Shown piece by piece: positions 36,898 to 48,056 of a stretch of 64,000 bases of DNA. The DNA comes from Lingula anatina (Eukaryota > Animalia > Brachiopoda). Position 1 is the first letter of the stretch. The number at the start of each line of letters is the position of its first letter. The notes beneath the pieces are model-generated. The model was not told where the DNA came from. It did no database searches and saw only the letters and a program-made list of their open reading frames with translations. Position numbers and translations under genes: made by a program. The stretch spans positions 10,230,001-10,294,000 of the forward strand of contig CM120640.1 in assembly GCA_051362555.1 (NCBI GenBank), in the 5' to 3' direction.

Positions 36898-39800
36898 GCC
36901 ACTTCAGGACATGCATTGGCTTATGTTTGGGACTTGGAGATGATTCATCCTCTATTGGCATATGACTTATTGTGAATTCTTTAAGGTTACAAATATAGAA
37001 AGAAATGAATACTCAAGTGACAGGACCTTTATTGAATTAAGCAATTGTTGGAATCCAGGCTGTCAGTTGTAAGGTTTTATGAAAGTGATACCAAGCAAGG
37101 GGATATTTTATGCAGGCTGAAGCATTTACATATGGTTTTTGTGGTGGCTTTACCATCTTTTGTTACCACTAAAGCTAGATTACCAAGATGTATGGAAACA
37201 TAAATTTAGTTCACAATACAAATCCTTAATGCATGTATTTCATTTAAATGTCAGGTGAAGACTAATAGCTGAGGATTTGACAGCTAGGAATTATTTGCAA
37301 ATTTCCTGTTTATGAAGTTTTGGCTTGTGACAGTCATTCTAGGCTAAGGAGCTTCTTCAAAAAAACCTACATTTAACCTGACAAACTGATGTTGTGTGGA
37401 CAAAATCACCTTTTTCAAGATATCAAGTTTTTAAATCACTAAATTTTGACTAATAAGATCAAAAAGTGCATATGCAAATCTGGAGCACAATTTCTTTTGT
37501 TATAGGTAATTTATTAAATATTCAAATCTTCACTGTCTTTAAAAGAGTCATTGGGAAATTCACAAAAAGAAATTGAATTTGTGATCGACAGACGTGTCTC
37601 CACAGCTCTGGGTAAGATGTATCTGGTTACTGTCACTGAAGAGTTCTTTCCCTTGGAAGATGTAATTGATTTGGATTGAAATTCTGTTGAACACTATACT
37701 GATGCACCAAGTTCCCAGTCTCCTGTTTACAATCTGTATGCATTGCAGGGACTTGTATTTTTTCAGTAACACAGTCATGTTATACCTGTAGTAGATATAT
37801 TTTTCTGAAGGAAAATATCTCATTTAAAATATGATAATTATTTTATCTCAAATATTAATTTACAGAACAATTGAAAAAAAAGTTCAGTATATTTAAAATC
37901 ATGGATTACAGTATACAAATATATTTTTTTCACGTCTTTCATTTTGAATACTAGGAATATGCACTGAAATCTGGAGACAGGATCAAAATAAGTTATTTTC
38001 AAAATTTTTCAATAAAAGGGCTTAGGCTGACATATTTATCTTAGTTATCATCACAGAACAAAAAGGTTAAGGTAGCATCACTACTTATGAGATCTAATCG
38101 GTAAATTTTCAAACCCATGAATTATGCAGTAAATTTATTGCCATAATTATTCTGAAATGCAGAACTATTTTGAATACATACAGCAAAGGAGTGTTACTGT
38201 ATTTATCATTTGTAGATTTCTACAGTGACTTGACAGAAATAAACAGTGGACAATACCATCATTTTGGACTTGCAACTTAACAGTATTGAAGTTGAATTTT
38301 GTTGGATACTGTGGCAAAAAACTAAACTAAACACATAAATTCTTTGAGACAGAAATGAGTATTTAAAGTTACATATTCTGAATAGTTATAGTAGATTTGA
38401 AAAAAAAAACTGGTCAGGAATAAAAGAAGTGAAAAATTATTTGTATTTATTATTTAGACATTGGAGCTATTTGCAACTATTTTCCAGCATAACAATAATT
38501 ACCTGTTGCCATATGTGAACTACCTTCTTAATATTTATTCAAGGTGAGTCATGATTATTACTCCTGGCAACCAACATGATATGATAGTCTTTCTTGATCA
38601 CTCATACTTGGCTCTGACAGATGAGTATTGTATAATTTTACTAACATTTGCCGTACCGATAATGGAATCTGTCATCACAGGATTAAGACATTTATGTTTT
38701 AATGTCCATAAATTGTGGGAGATTTCAAGGAAATGCATGCTCTGTGTTAAGACACACAATGAATATTAGACCCTCATACAGCAAAATAATAAAGAGAATT
38801 ACTCCAAAAACTAGTCAATTAAAACTGCAAAAATGGGTTTCTATGGATTGTAATTCAGTGAATTCAGATAATGTTTGGATCTGGTGATCAAGGGAAAGTA
38901 TTGAAATTCCCTGGAAAATGATAATTTTTCTATACTTACAATTAATACACCAGAGGGACTTGTTTATTGATAAGTTATTTTGACAACCTGAGGAATTAGG
39001 GGATAGCTATTCTAATTATTGTAACAGAGATAAAACAAAACATAATTACTAAGCTGGCTGTTTGTTTACCTGGTTAATGGTTTTCAGAAGACATAAAGAG
39101 AAAACTTATGCTTAGATTTAATTGCTTAGTTTTTTGTGTTAACATGTTAAAAAGAAATGTTGCAATATACTTCGATATTATGCTCACTGCAATTCAAACT
39201 TCATTTATGCCAAATTTCTTAAACTGAAACTTAGTTTCTTTTGTGCAGTAATTGATTGCATGTATATTAGGAGCACCAAGTATTTATTACAATTTTTCAT
39301 TACCATCACGATGCAATTATTCCATATTGATTTTTTGCGATAAATGTGAGAAAAGTCCATGTGGGAGCTTTTGAAAGCAATATGTCACTCTGTTTATGGA
39401 AGAAATCTTAGGTGTACTACAGAAAATGAATGAGGTATATTTTAAATATACCATCTTATCGTGAATAATTATATCATAGGAGGAAGAAAAGAACTCAATT
39501 TTATCCTAGAACTGCTGGGGACATTGGTATTGGCAAAATTAATTGGTTAAACTGTGTCAGAAGAAATTGACAGACACATGGAAGTAACATACTGGTAACA
39601 TGTCAGTATTATCCACCATACACTTGTTTTACCTGTAGTTTACGGTTTCATTACACCAGAGACTGTGTGATTTAATATTTGGTACTAATGTTTCACACAG
39701 TTGTGTACACCATTGTATTTGATTGCCAGGATGGTGAAATGCCTGGTGAATAGGCCGATTGGGGAGTAACGTAATTAGCCACCAGGTTGTGACTTACTTA

Positions 39801-40565
39801 AAATATGTATGGATTATAATGATTAAATGTCTGTGCAGTTACTTTTTATTTAATATATTATATACTTATGCATTTTGCTATTGGAATAATAAATAAGTCA
39901 GTGTTTTGTATGATTTACATGTTTGTTTTACTTATAAAAATAAAACATTATCATTAAATAAAATATATCTTTGCCCTCTATATCATTTCATTACTGATTC
40001 TTGGCCGACCCTTCCCTCCAACCTATGTTATAAAAAATTAATAAATGCCAGGTCTTATCTTGCAAGCGAACTAAGTTTTGTCATATCGGCGCCGTTCTTG
40101 AAAGAGCAAAAAAAAATGGCGGCGCCCATTACTAGCGCATCCCAGCTACTTCGTAAGTGGCAAAAATGCAATTGATTGTCTATTAATGAGGAAATATCCC
40201 CCACAAAAAGAGGTCGAAAGTAAGTCATTCTGTTTCAAATTCAGGTATTGTTTTGATAGCGACTGAAAAGGTGCACTGATCTCATGGTAAGCACCCAAAA
40301 TCTCAAAATCTCCTAGCCTAGGTAGTCGAACAGTGCAATGTTTGTAAATTCGACTGCAAGTTAACCTTGAATGCACTCGTATCTTTTGATGACTAATACA
40401 TTGTGTAGTAAACGGTCTGTTATCCTAGTCCAATGACATGAATGTTTATTTAAGAATAGAAAAGAATTTTAAATTTGAGATATAATATTAAAATTTGAGA
40501 TACGTTACTACTAAATCATCAGGATTATGTTTATTTTTCAGGGATTTGTGAAGAGAAAAAAAACA

Positions 40566-42059
40566 ATGAGGATAAAAAAACACCAAATTTTAATTACCAG
40601 TGCACTCATCACTAACATCTTTGGGCTTTGGTACTTGTCAAGTCTACTTAATTGTGCAAACAGCAAGGCAAAAGAGGAATTATCTCAAACTCCCGAACAC
40701 CAAAAAAGGACCCTTGATAAGTCATTTACTATTATTATCAGAGAATTTGAGGACTTTGACAATACAGTTTCAGAAATGGTGGCAGGTCTGCTGGACTGGT
40801 CAGCAAACATGGATATTCTTGTTGTTGCTGATAATCCTGTGTATCCTCCTTTGAATTTACCCAAGAGCAATCGTGTCCATTATACTGTACTGAATGCATA
40901 CCCTGAGAATCCTTCTAGTCTTTTCAAACCAGAAAGACTCATAAGAAGTGAATATGTTTTATTTGTGCCTGATGGTGTGGTTTCTATCCCAAAATATTCT
41001 TTTCTTCAGATGATTCAAATCCTAGAATCGGCCTCTGATTCTAGGATGAAGATAGTTAGTGGAGGAATAAAACAGGAAAGCGTACAATGTTTGAATATTG
41101 ATTTTGATGTTTTAAAGTGGAGCTTGAAATACAGCTTTGGGAATGAAAAATTGTGCACAGGGTATAAGGGACAGCAGTTACTCTTGATGAAGACTCAAGA
41201 TTTCTTTAACTTATCTCATCCATTTACCAGACCATTCCCAGAATCTCTGTTTATTCAAACATCTCTGCATGGATGGAAGGTGCTCCATGACTCTAGTATT
41301 TTTGTTCTTTCTTTAAAACTCCATTTTAAAGATGGACATAATTTGTGGAAACATAAGAAGCACCACAAAGAAAGACTGAAACTTATGTATAAAAGTTTTG
41401 GAATAAAACAAGTAATTCAACCAGACTGGAAAACAGAGTGGTATGGCTGCAGTAAAGATACACCCAGGTGTTTTGGAACAGTGATCAATGACATGCCAGA
41501 GTATATCTATGCAAAAAGATGGACTCCACCTTGCTGCTTGAAAAATTTAAGAGAGATTTTAAAACATGTTGTCTCGATTTTTGATAAAGCTGGTGTGAGG
41601 TACTGGTTGGAAGGCGGCAGTTTATTGGGAGCAGCCAGGCATGGAGACATTATTCCCTGGGATTATGATACTGATATAGGTATATACAAGGAAGATATTG
41701 ACAAATGTAAATACCTGCATGATGTGCTCTCTGGACCTTATGTAGATGATAAAGGGTTTGTGTGGGAGAAGGCCAGAGAGGGGGATTTTATGCGGGTGCA
41801 GTACAGCGAAGTTAATCATCTTCATATAGATATATTTCCTTTTTACCCCAAAAATGGCATAATGACAAAAGACACTTGGTTTGCTTCTCACAGGCAGGAT
41901 ACAGAGTTTCCAGAACATTTTTTAAAACCACTGACTAAAATTTTATTTGCAGGGATAAATGCTTCTGCACCTAATAATGTGAAGGATTTCTTGGAGTTAA
42001 AATTTGGAAAAGGGGTGATTGAAAACCCAAGATATCCAGATCAGCACTTGGTTAGTTAA
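40566..42059 (+). CDS. FKRP: Fukutin-related protein (ribitol-5-phosphate transferase, LicD family), single large coding exon
   Basis: N-terminal signal anchor; WYGCSKDTPRCFGTV...RWTPPCCL; YWLEGGSLLGAARHGDIIPWDYDTDIG (DxD); HLHIDIFPFY; FLELKFGKGVIENP. Acceptor at 40541; upstream exon near 40100-40152. Confidence 0.96.
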   Translation: MRIKKHQILITSALITNIFGLWYLSSLLNCANSKAKEELSQTPEHQKRTLDKSFTIIIREFEDFDNTVSEMVAGLLDWSANMDILVVADNPVYPPLNLPKSNRVHYTVLNAYPENPSSLFKPERLIRSEYVLFVPDGVVSIPKYSFLQMIQILESASDSRMKIVSGGIKQESVQCLNIDFDVLKWSLKYSFGNEKLCTGYKGQQLLLMKTQDFFNLSHPFTRPFPESLFIQTSLHGWKVLHDSSIFVLSLKLHFKDGHNLWKHKKHHKERLKLMYKSFGIKQVIQPDWKTEWYGCSKDTPRCFGTVINDMPEYIYAKRWTPPCCLKNLREILKHVVSIFDKAGVRYWLEGGSLLGAARHGDIIPWDYDTDIGIYKEDIDKCKYLHDVLSGPYVDDKGFVWEKAREGDFMRVQYSEVNHLHIDIFPFYPKNGIMTKDTWFASHRQDTEFPEHFLKPLTKILFAGINASAPNNVKDFLELKFGKGVIENPRYPDQHLVS

Positions 42060-42839
42060 CATGCAAACCTCAATTTTTTCTTGCTTATGGTTCTTAGGGA
42101 TTGACAATAAGGTTTTGGGCTTTAAATTTGTTCTTCAGGCAAGTGCTCTCCCAAACTTACTTTCAAAGGAAAAGGTTTGCTCAAATTCACCCCCCCCCCC
42201 CCCCTCCAAAAAACCTAAATGAATAAATTAATGCCTTCAAAGATTTTTGCATTTTTTAACGCAATTGGGTGAAGAAAAAGCCTGGCACCTATGTAGAAAA
42301 AATATATATATCCAGTCAGGCAAACGTTTGTCATTTTTACTTGCCCAGAGATTCCATAAACTTATCCTTGATGACCAGACAAGCCTTATTGTCAGCTTGT
42401 CATCTTACAATTTTTTATGTATACTGATAAAAAAAAATTGGAAAAATATTGCAGTCTTTAACGTATGTAATACAAAAGAATACCATACGGTGCTTACAAT
42501 GTGTTTAATTATTTCATAGAAGGCTTCCCATCGAGTCACATATATATATTTAAATAATTTTATTAAAAGTTATTTATTAAGAACAAAATATCTTTTAGCT
42601 TCTCTCTATATAATAATTGGAGCACTTGCATTTAGTCGTTGTTTGTTTTAAGGTGTGTTCTGTGCTGAGACGGTCCTGTCATACATGCCTTAAACCAGAC
42701 CGAAGAAATTAGTTGTTACTTAAATAAATCCTCTGATTGGATTGGCATTTATAAAAGATTAACTATTCCCATCATTAAGTGTGATGCAGACCCTGTTTTC
42801 GAATTGATTGGATGATATGTAGGGATAGGTGTGGTTGGT

Positions 42840-43030
42840 GAGGCAGTGTTCAGTGATGTAGTTGGTGAGATGAAAAGTACCATATTATGAGGCCAGAGGC
42901 AATGGTCAGTGATGTGGTTGGTGCGACAGTGGTCAACAATGCGTTGGTGCAACAGTGGTCAGTGATGTGACTTATGAGACAGTGGTCAGTAATCACCGAT
43001 GTGGTTTTGTCAGACAGTGGTCGGTAATGT
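42840..43030. repeat. Degenerate ~27-bp minisatellite (CAGTGGTCAGTGATGTGGTTGGTGxGA)
   Basis: About 5-6 imperfect units are visible. Confidence 0.7.
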
Positions 43031-43963
43031 TGAAATTGTTCTTTGCTTTATCATCAAATATTTTCATCATCTGCCGCAGTAGTCTATTGATATAACGTTG
43101 GGCATTTCTTACCTATTTTAAGATTTTCCAAGTATTTATCTAACGGGCTACTGCTGACATATTATTATCAAAGTGGCGCTAATCATCACCATAAATCCAT
43201 TTATATTATCAAAAAGTTATTTCAAGATATTCACAGGGGCAAAAAAGTGTTAGGCATTTCTTGTGTAAGTACATCTTTTTGTCATACCAAACGAACGTGA
43301 TTTTTCTTTTACCACAATGCAATTGTTATGATCATCCAAGATATGATATAGACCTGATAAATGTACTTCCAAGAATCATTCACAGTTAAATCAGAATACC
43401 GCTTGCCAAGTGCCAAGCCTTACTTATGATTTACCTTGACTTCCAGTTATAAAAAGATATGCGTTAGGCATGGTATGGTCTTTTGTCCTCTTTTCAATGA
43501 AGATGGTCTGTGCCTATGTCCCCGTGAGAAGCTACATCCTTTCAGAACAATAATATTATTTCCCGTGTAAAATATCGCCTGTTTGTGTAAACCATAATTG
43601 CAAAGAATGTTTGGAATGTTTGAAGCTAGGTAGAGGCGCTAAGACATCGTCAAGTACGCCAAGAAAATTTGTTAATGGCATTTTTGTTGTACAAAAAGCA
43701 CGTATTCGAGTACCTTTAATGGCCTTAAACATAAAAGAAAAGGGCATTTCCGATAAGAATACGGTAATAGACCAAAATTAAGGGAAAAGAATATGACCCA
43801 CCACGCTGCAATACAAGTAGAAGAGTGATCAAAAATCAAATCAGTATAGCTACCCGTTATCGCTTTCCTATGAAAACCAACAGATTCATTATACAGGAGA
43901 ATAAAGTTCACTGTACAAATAACTCGCTCGAATTAAACTGTCCTTGTCACAGACGAATATTCA

Positions 43964-44353
43964 TTACATGTGGCTCTCTTTAAAAACATCCGAATAAGTC
44001 GGCGGCAGTGAATGGAAGCTAGCGTCCCGAGCATTGCCTCTTTTTAATGTCACAAGAATAGCCCCACTGAGATTCAGCAAGTCTGACTGGTTTTCTGCAA
44101 CATCTTCATACGCAGGTGGAGACATAGAGGTTGTTGTGTTCCAACTTCCAAGCTCTTCATTCCGTTCATCCTCCAAAGTGAACTGAACACCACCTTGTCC
44201 TGGTGATTTCGAACATTTTCCTTTCAATGCACAGATAACAACCAAGCATATGATTATCACGAAGGCTGACAAACAGGTTGCTCCAATGACGACTTGATCA
44301 TAATGGGTGAGGACTTTGCCATAAGCAATGTTTCCTAAACTTCCGCCTGTCAT
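43964..44353 (-). CDS. Small single-pass membrane protein (~129 aa) with two PPxY motifs
   Basis: Hydrophobic VVIGATCLSAFVIIICLVVICAL followed by a basic stop-transfer KGK; cytoplasmic PPAYEDV and LPPTYSDV. The start codon is uncertain. Confidence 0.7.
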   Translation of the reverse strand: MTGGSLGNIAYGKVLTHYDQVVIGATCLSAFVIIICLVVICALKGKCSKSPGQGGVQFTLEDERNEELGSWNTTTSMSPPAYEDVAENQSDLLNLSGAILVTLKRGNARDASFHSLPPTYSDVFKESHM

Positions 44354-45500
44354 TCTGCGCGTAATCAAGCGTTGAGGAACCACGTAACGTGTAGCTGTAG
44401 GCCTACCTGTGCAACGTAACTCAAGTCATGATGCTGCTTTTGTCACTGTTTACACAGCATCTGAAATTTTAGCGATTTCTTTTGAGAATCTCCGATATCG
44501 ATATTCAAATGCGATTCCTTTCCCTTTAAGGATCCCCTTTACTACATATGTACGGCAGGCAGTCGCCGATATTTTCTGTTCATTGTGAAACTGCCGACGA
44601 TAAAACCTACGGCATCTGCCCTGTCGGAGTTAAAACTAATGCTTGCCACAATACTTAAGGTATACATGACTTGGATTGACGGTTAATTGTATGCATATAA
44701 TGAATAGATAAGTTGTTTAGGACATTCCTGTATGAGGACAACAAACAGGTGAGATCTTACCTTTTTATTATAATAACGACATTACACGTAGAACGTCGTG
44801 CACGTCCACAAAGCCATTTATTACTTCCAAATTCACCGAGTTTTTTTTTCAGTTTTTATTTGTAATTTTGAATGAATACATATAAATACACAATTTCACA
44901 AAAAAAAAAATGATACTGAACGAATACTGAGGGTAATTAAAATATGTAACACAGGGAATGCCGATCAGTAAATGTGCCTCATATCCGTGATAAAGGGGAA
45001 ATTGCTGAAATTTCCCGGTAATATAAAAGTTCAATGTCAAATTTTGGTCTATTTAAATCTGTTGGTAAGTCCCATGTACATGATCGAGCGTTTTTGGAAA
45101 TAAAGCCGTTGCCCGAGAATTTTCTTTCTTTTTTGTACGAATTTGTAAAAAAAATCTCGGTTCTCTTTAAAGCAGCATTATTCTTATTTCATTTTATCAT
45201 ATTATATCTAAACTATTCAGTCAAATATCACAGAAACTCTCGAAGACCTAACTGTGCAACTGGATATTTGGAAATTCTCTTTCAGTCTTTCCTATCGTTC
45301 TGTGCCACATCTCGATAGCTTGCCCGAGAGATCAGCAAGGCATCAAACCAAGACCCAATTTTGAACACAAAATCCGCCCACAAAGCTGTCCTTTGAGTTG
45401 TTAACTTAAAAAAAAAATTTACCCCACCCTGCTTTACCTGATTAGATAATGATTTGACAGACTGAAGCTTCATGCTCTTGATCACAGTGAAGATAAGTTT

Positions 45501-45535
<35 letters not shown>

Positions 45536-46892
45536 AGTTGTTTACGTAAATAAATGTCAAAATGTCAACATTTTCCTTTTTACTCCTACAAAGCGCTATT
45601 GACTTTGGTTGTGGTGGCAATTGGGGGCATTGATTACATTTCATTATATTTCATTATAATTTTAGCTCTGAGGTATGGGATACGTCCACATGCTTATCCG
45701 TACCTCGTCATCCGAAGCGTTGGTGTGTTTCATTGTGCTACGTTGTGACGTCCCGTCGGCTCAATCGCAATCAAGACCGTTGTTAATGTTCACTCCAGAT
45801 GTTAAAAACATAGAAGGGCGTGGTAGATAGAAGGCAGGGGGCATAAACTTCAGACAAGCGCATTTTTCTTCAAATCCTAAAAATTGGCATACAAAATAAA
45901 TCGTGTTAGCCTTTGTTTCTGACATTTTCACTTTCCGATATAATTTTCCTTTAAATCAACTCACTTGAATAATTTCTGGGAATCAATTCATTTGACTGTT
46001 GATGAAAAACTAGTTTGATACCACATTTCATTTATGAACAAAATCTTTTTATTAATCCAAAGTTATCTCAGCAGTTTATAAATATTAGTTGGTAATCTAC
46101 TTATCTAACGCAATTGTCCCAAGCAATATTGAATACAGGGACAAATATTATGCTCATGAAATGTTAACGAAGCAAAAGTTGTGAAAGCGGTGTAACACAG
46201 CATGCTGATGTGAGTAGACGATAATATACAGTGTGACACGACACGAAGAATTTATGGCTGACTGTTTGTCCACCAGATATAAAAGTCATTCACGTTATTT
46301 TGACAAATTTTAACGATAAAAACTCGGACAGACCTTTTTTTTTTTTTTTTTTTGAAAATACTGGAAATATATAGTTCTAGCTGTAAAAGCTTTGTTCCAT
46401 AAGCATACGAATGGGTCACTTACAACACCGCATTTGCGAAGTCGTACATGTATCGCCGATGTCGTTGCTAAAGAGATATATTACATACTATAATTTGTAT
46501 AAGGGTCATATTTTATCAAAATGAAGCGAGTCTTTTTATTGTTAAATATGCTTAATGCATTTAAGATTTATACAGTATATTGTAAAAATATTTCGATATC
46601 AGGCGAGATGTATAATGTCGAGAAATGATAATAAAAATTATCTTGATCTAGTGTTTTGAATGAATGATAAGGAAAAGCATCGAAGTAGTAATCAATAATC
46701 CGTTTTGCGGAGTATTTTGCAGCATTATGTCTTTAATATGCTTTTTACATTTCACTTCTCTTTATCACGAATATGAAAAATGGCTGGAACTATGAAAGTG
46801 ATTAAAAATGGTATTAATGTTTAAGTTGAACTTAAGCTATTTTTAATTCTTTCAACATCAGGATCTGGAGTCTAAGATCTAAGTCAATAAGT

Positions 46893-48012
46893 TCAAAAGC
46901 TGATCTGTCCTTCGGGTATCCTCGGCTTTTCATCTGTATTTTGCGACAAAGGACTGGAGGTCGTCTGCTGTATGAAGGTAGGCGCGGGAACAACCATTGG
47001 TGTCATGGATTTCTGTTTTAATGAATCTCTGACCTCTGAAATTTGAAAAAGTAGGGAATCCTACTGAGTTTTTTAATGGGTACTTTAATTAAATGGACAC
47101 ATTTGGATTAATGCAATGATTAGAAAAATACAAATAAAAAGAAATGTCGGTGCTGGATTTTACTAGATTTCACAATAAACGATTTTGTTTAGTAAGAATG
47201 CTCATTGTTGCAAATTTCTGACAGAAATACTAGTGGCGCGCATGCATGGTTTCTTTTTTATCATGCTATTAGCTGATGCGTAGGTATCCTATATTAGTGC
47301 AAGTAAAATGAGAAATATATGAGGGTTTACTGCTAGCATTATAGGAATGTATTGTAGATCAGTGATGTCTCTAAACAGCTTTAACTGGTAGGGTTAGTAT
47401 GCGTTTCGTAAAATAACGATATTTCACTGTATAATCCATGGGTTCACACCACTGTAACATTGTTAGACAAAATTATATCTTACCAATAGTTACGCTAAAA
47501 AAAAGACGTATGTAAGAGGAAGTACCTGGAATTTGGAGTAAGATAGTTTCAACGAGATTCATTCGCAGTTTGAGCTGAGTCAGTTCGTCTGCTATTTCTG
47601 TACGAAATCTTGAAAATTCTTCGGAAATTCTTTGCATTGAGCGCTGGAGTTCCTGCAACAAGTTATATGACGTGATTATTAAAATTATATGAATTGAGGG
47701 AAATATAAGAAAAGGGGGAAGATAACAACATTCTTAACAGAGAGAATTAAAGTTTTACTCTGAAATGTTTTTATGTAGACAAAACATCACCTTCAATGAA
47801 AAATTTTGATTGTTCAGTTGCAACCAAGGAGTTCTGTTATAACTCCTTGGTTGCAACATGGTATAGGCCCTAAGGTATGGCCTTCATGCGGTATAAGCGA
47901 TATATGTAATTCAAAGAATATTTACCATGAGACCTCTTCTGTCTGATGTTTCTTCCGTTTTACCTACCAAAAGATTGAATGAAACAAAAGGTGTATGCAA
48001 AAAGGATGCGCG

Positions 48013-48056
<44 letters not shown>

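Noticed and set aside
42840-43030. CRISPR-like periodic repeats (also 29005-29158 and 31010-31180)
   Set aside because: Degenerate minisatellite or MITE repeats without unique spacers or cas genes, in a eukaryotic context.
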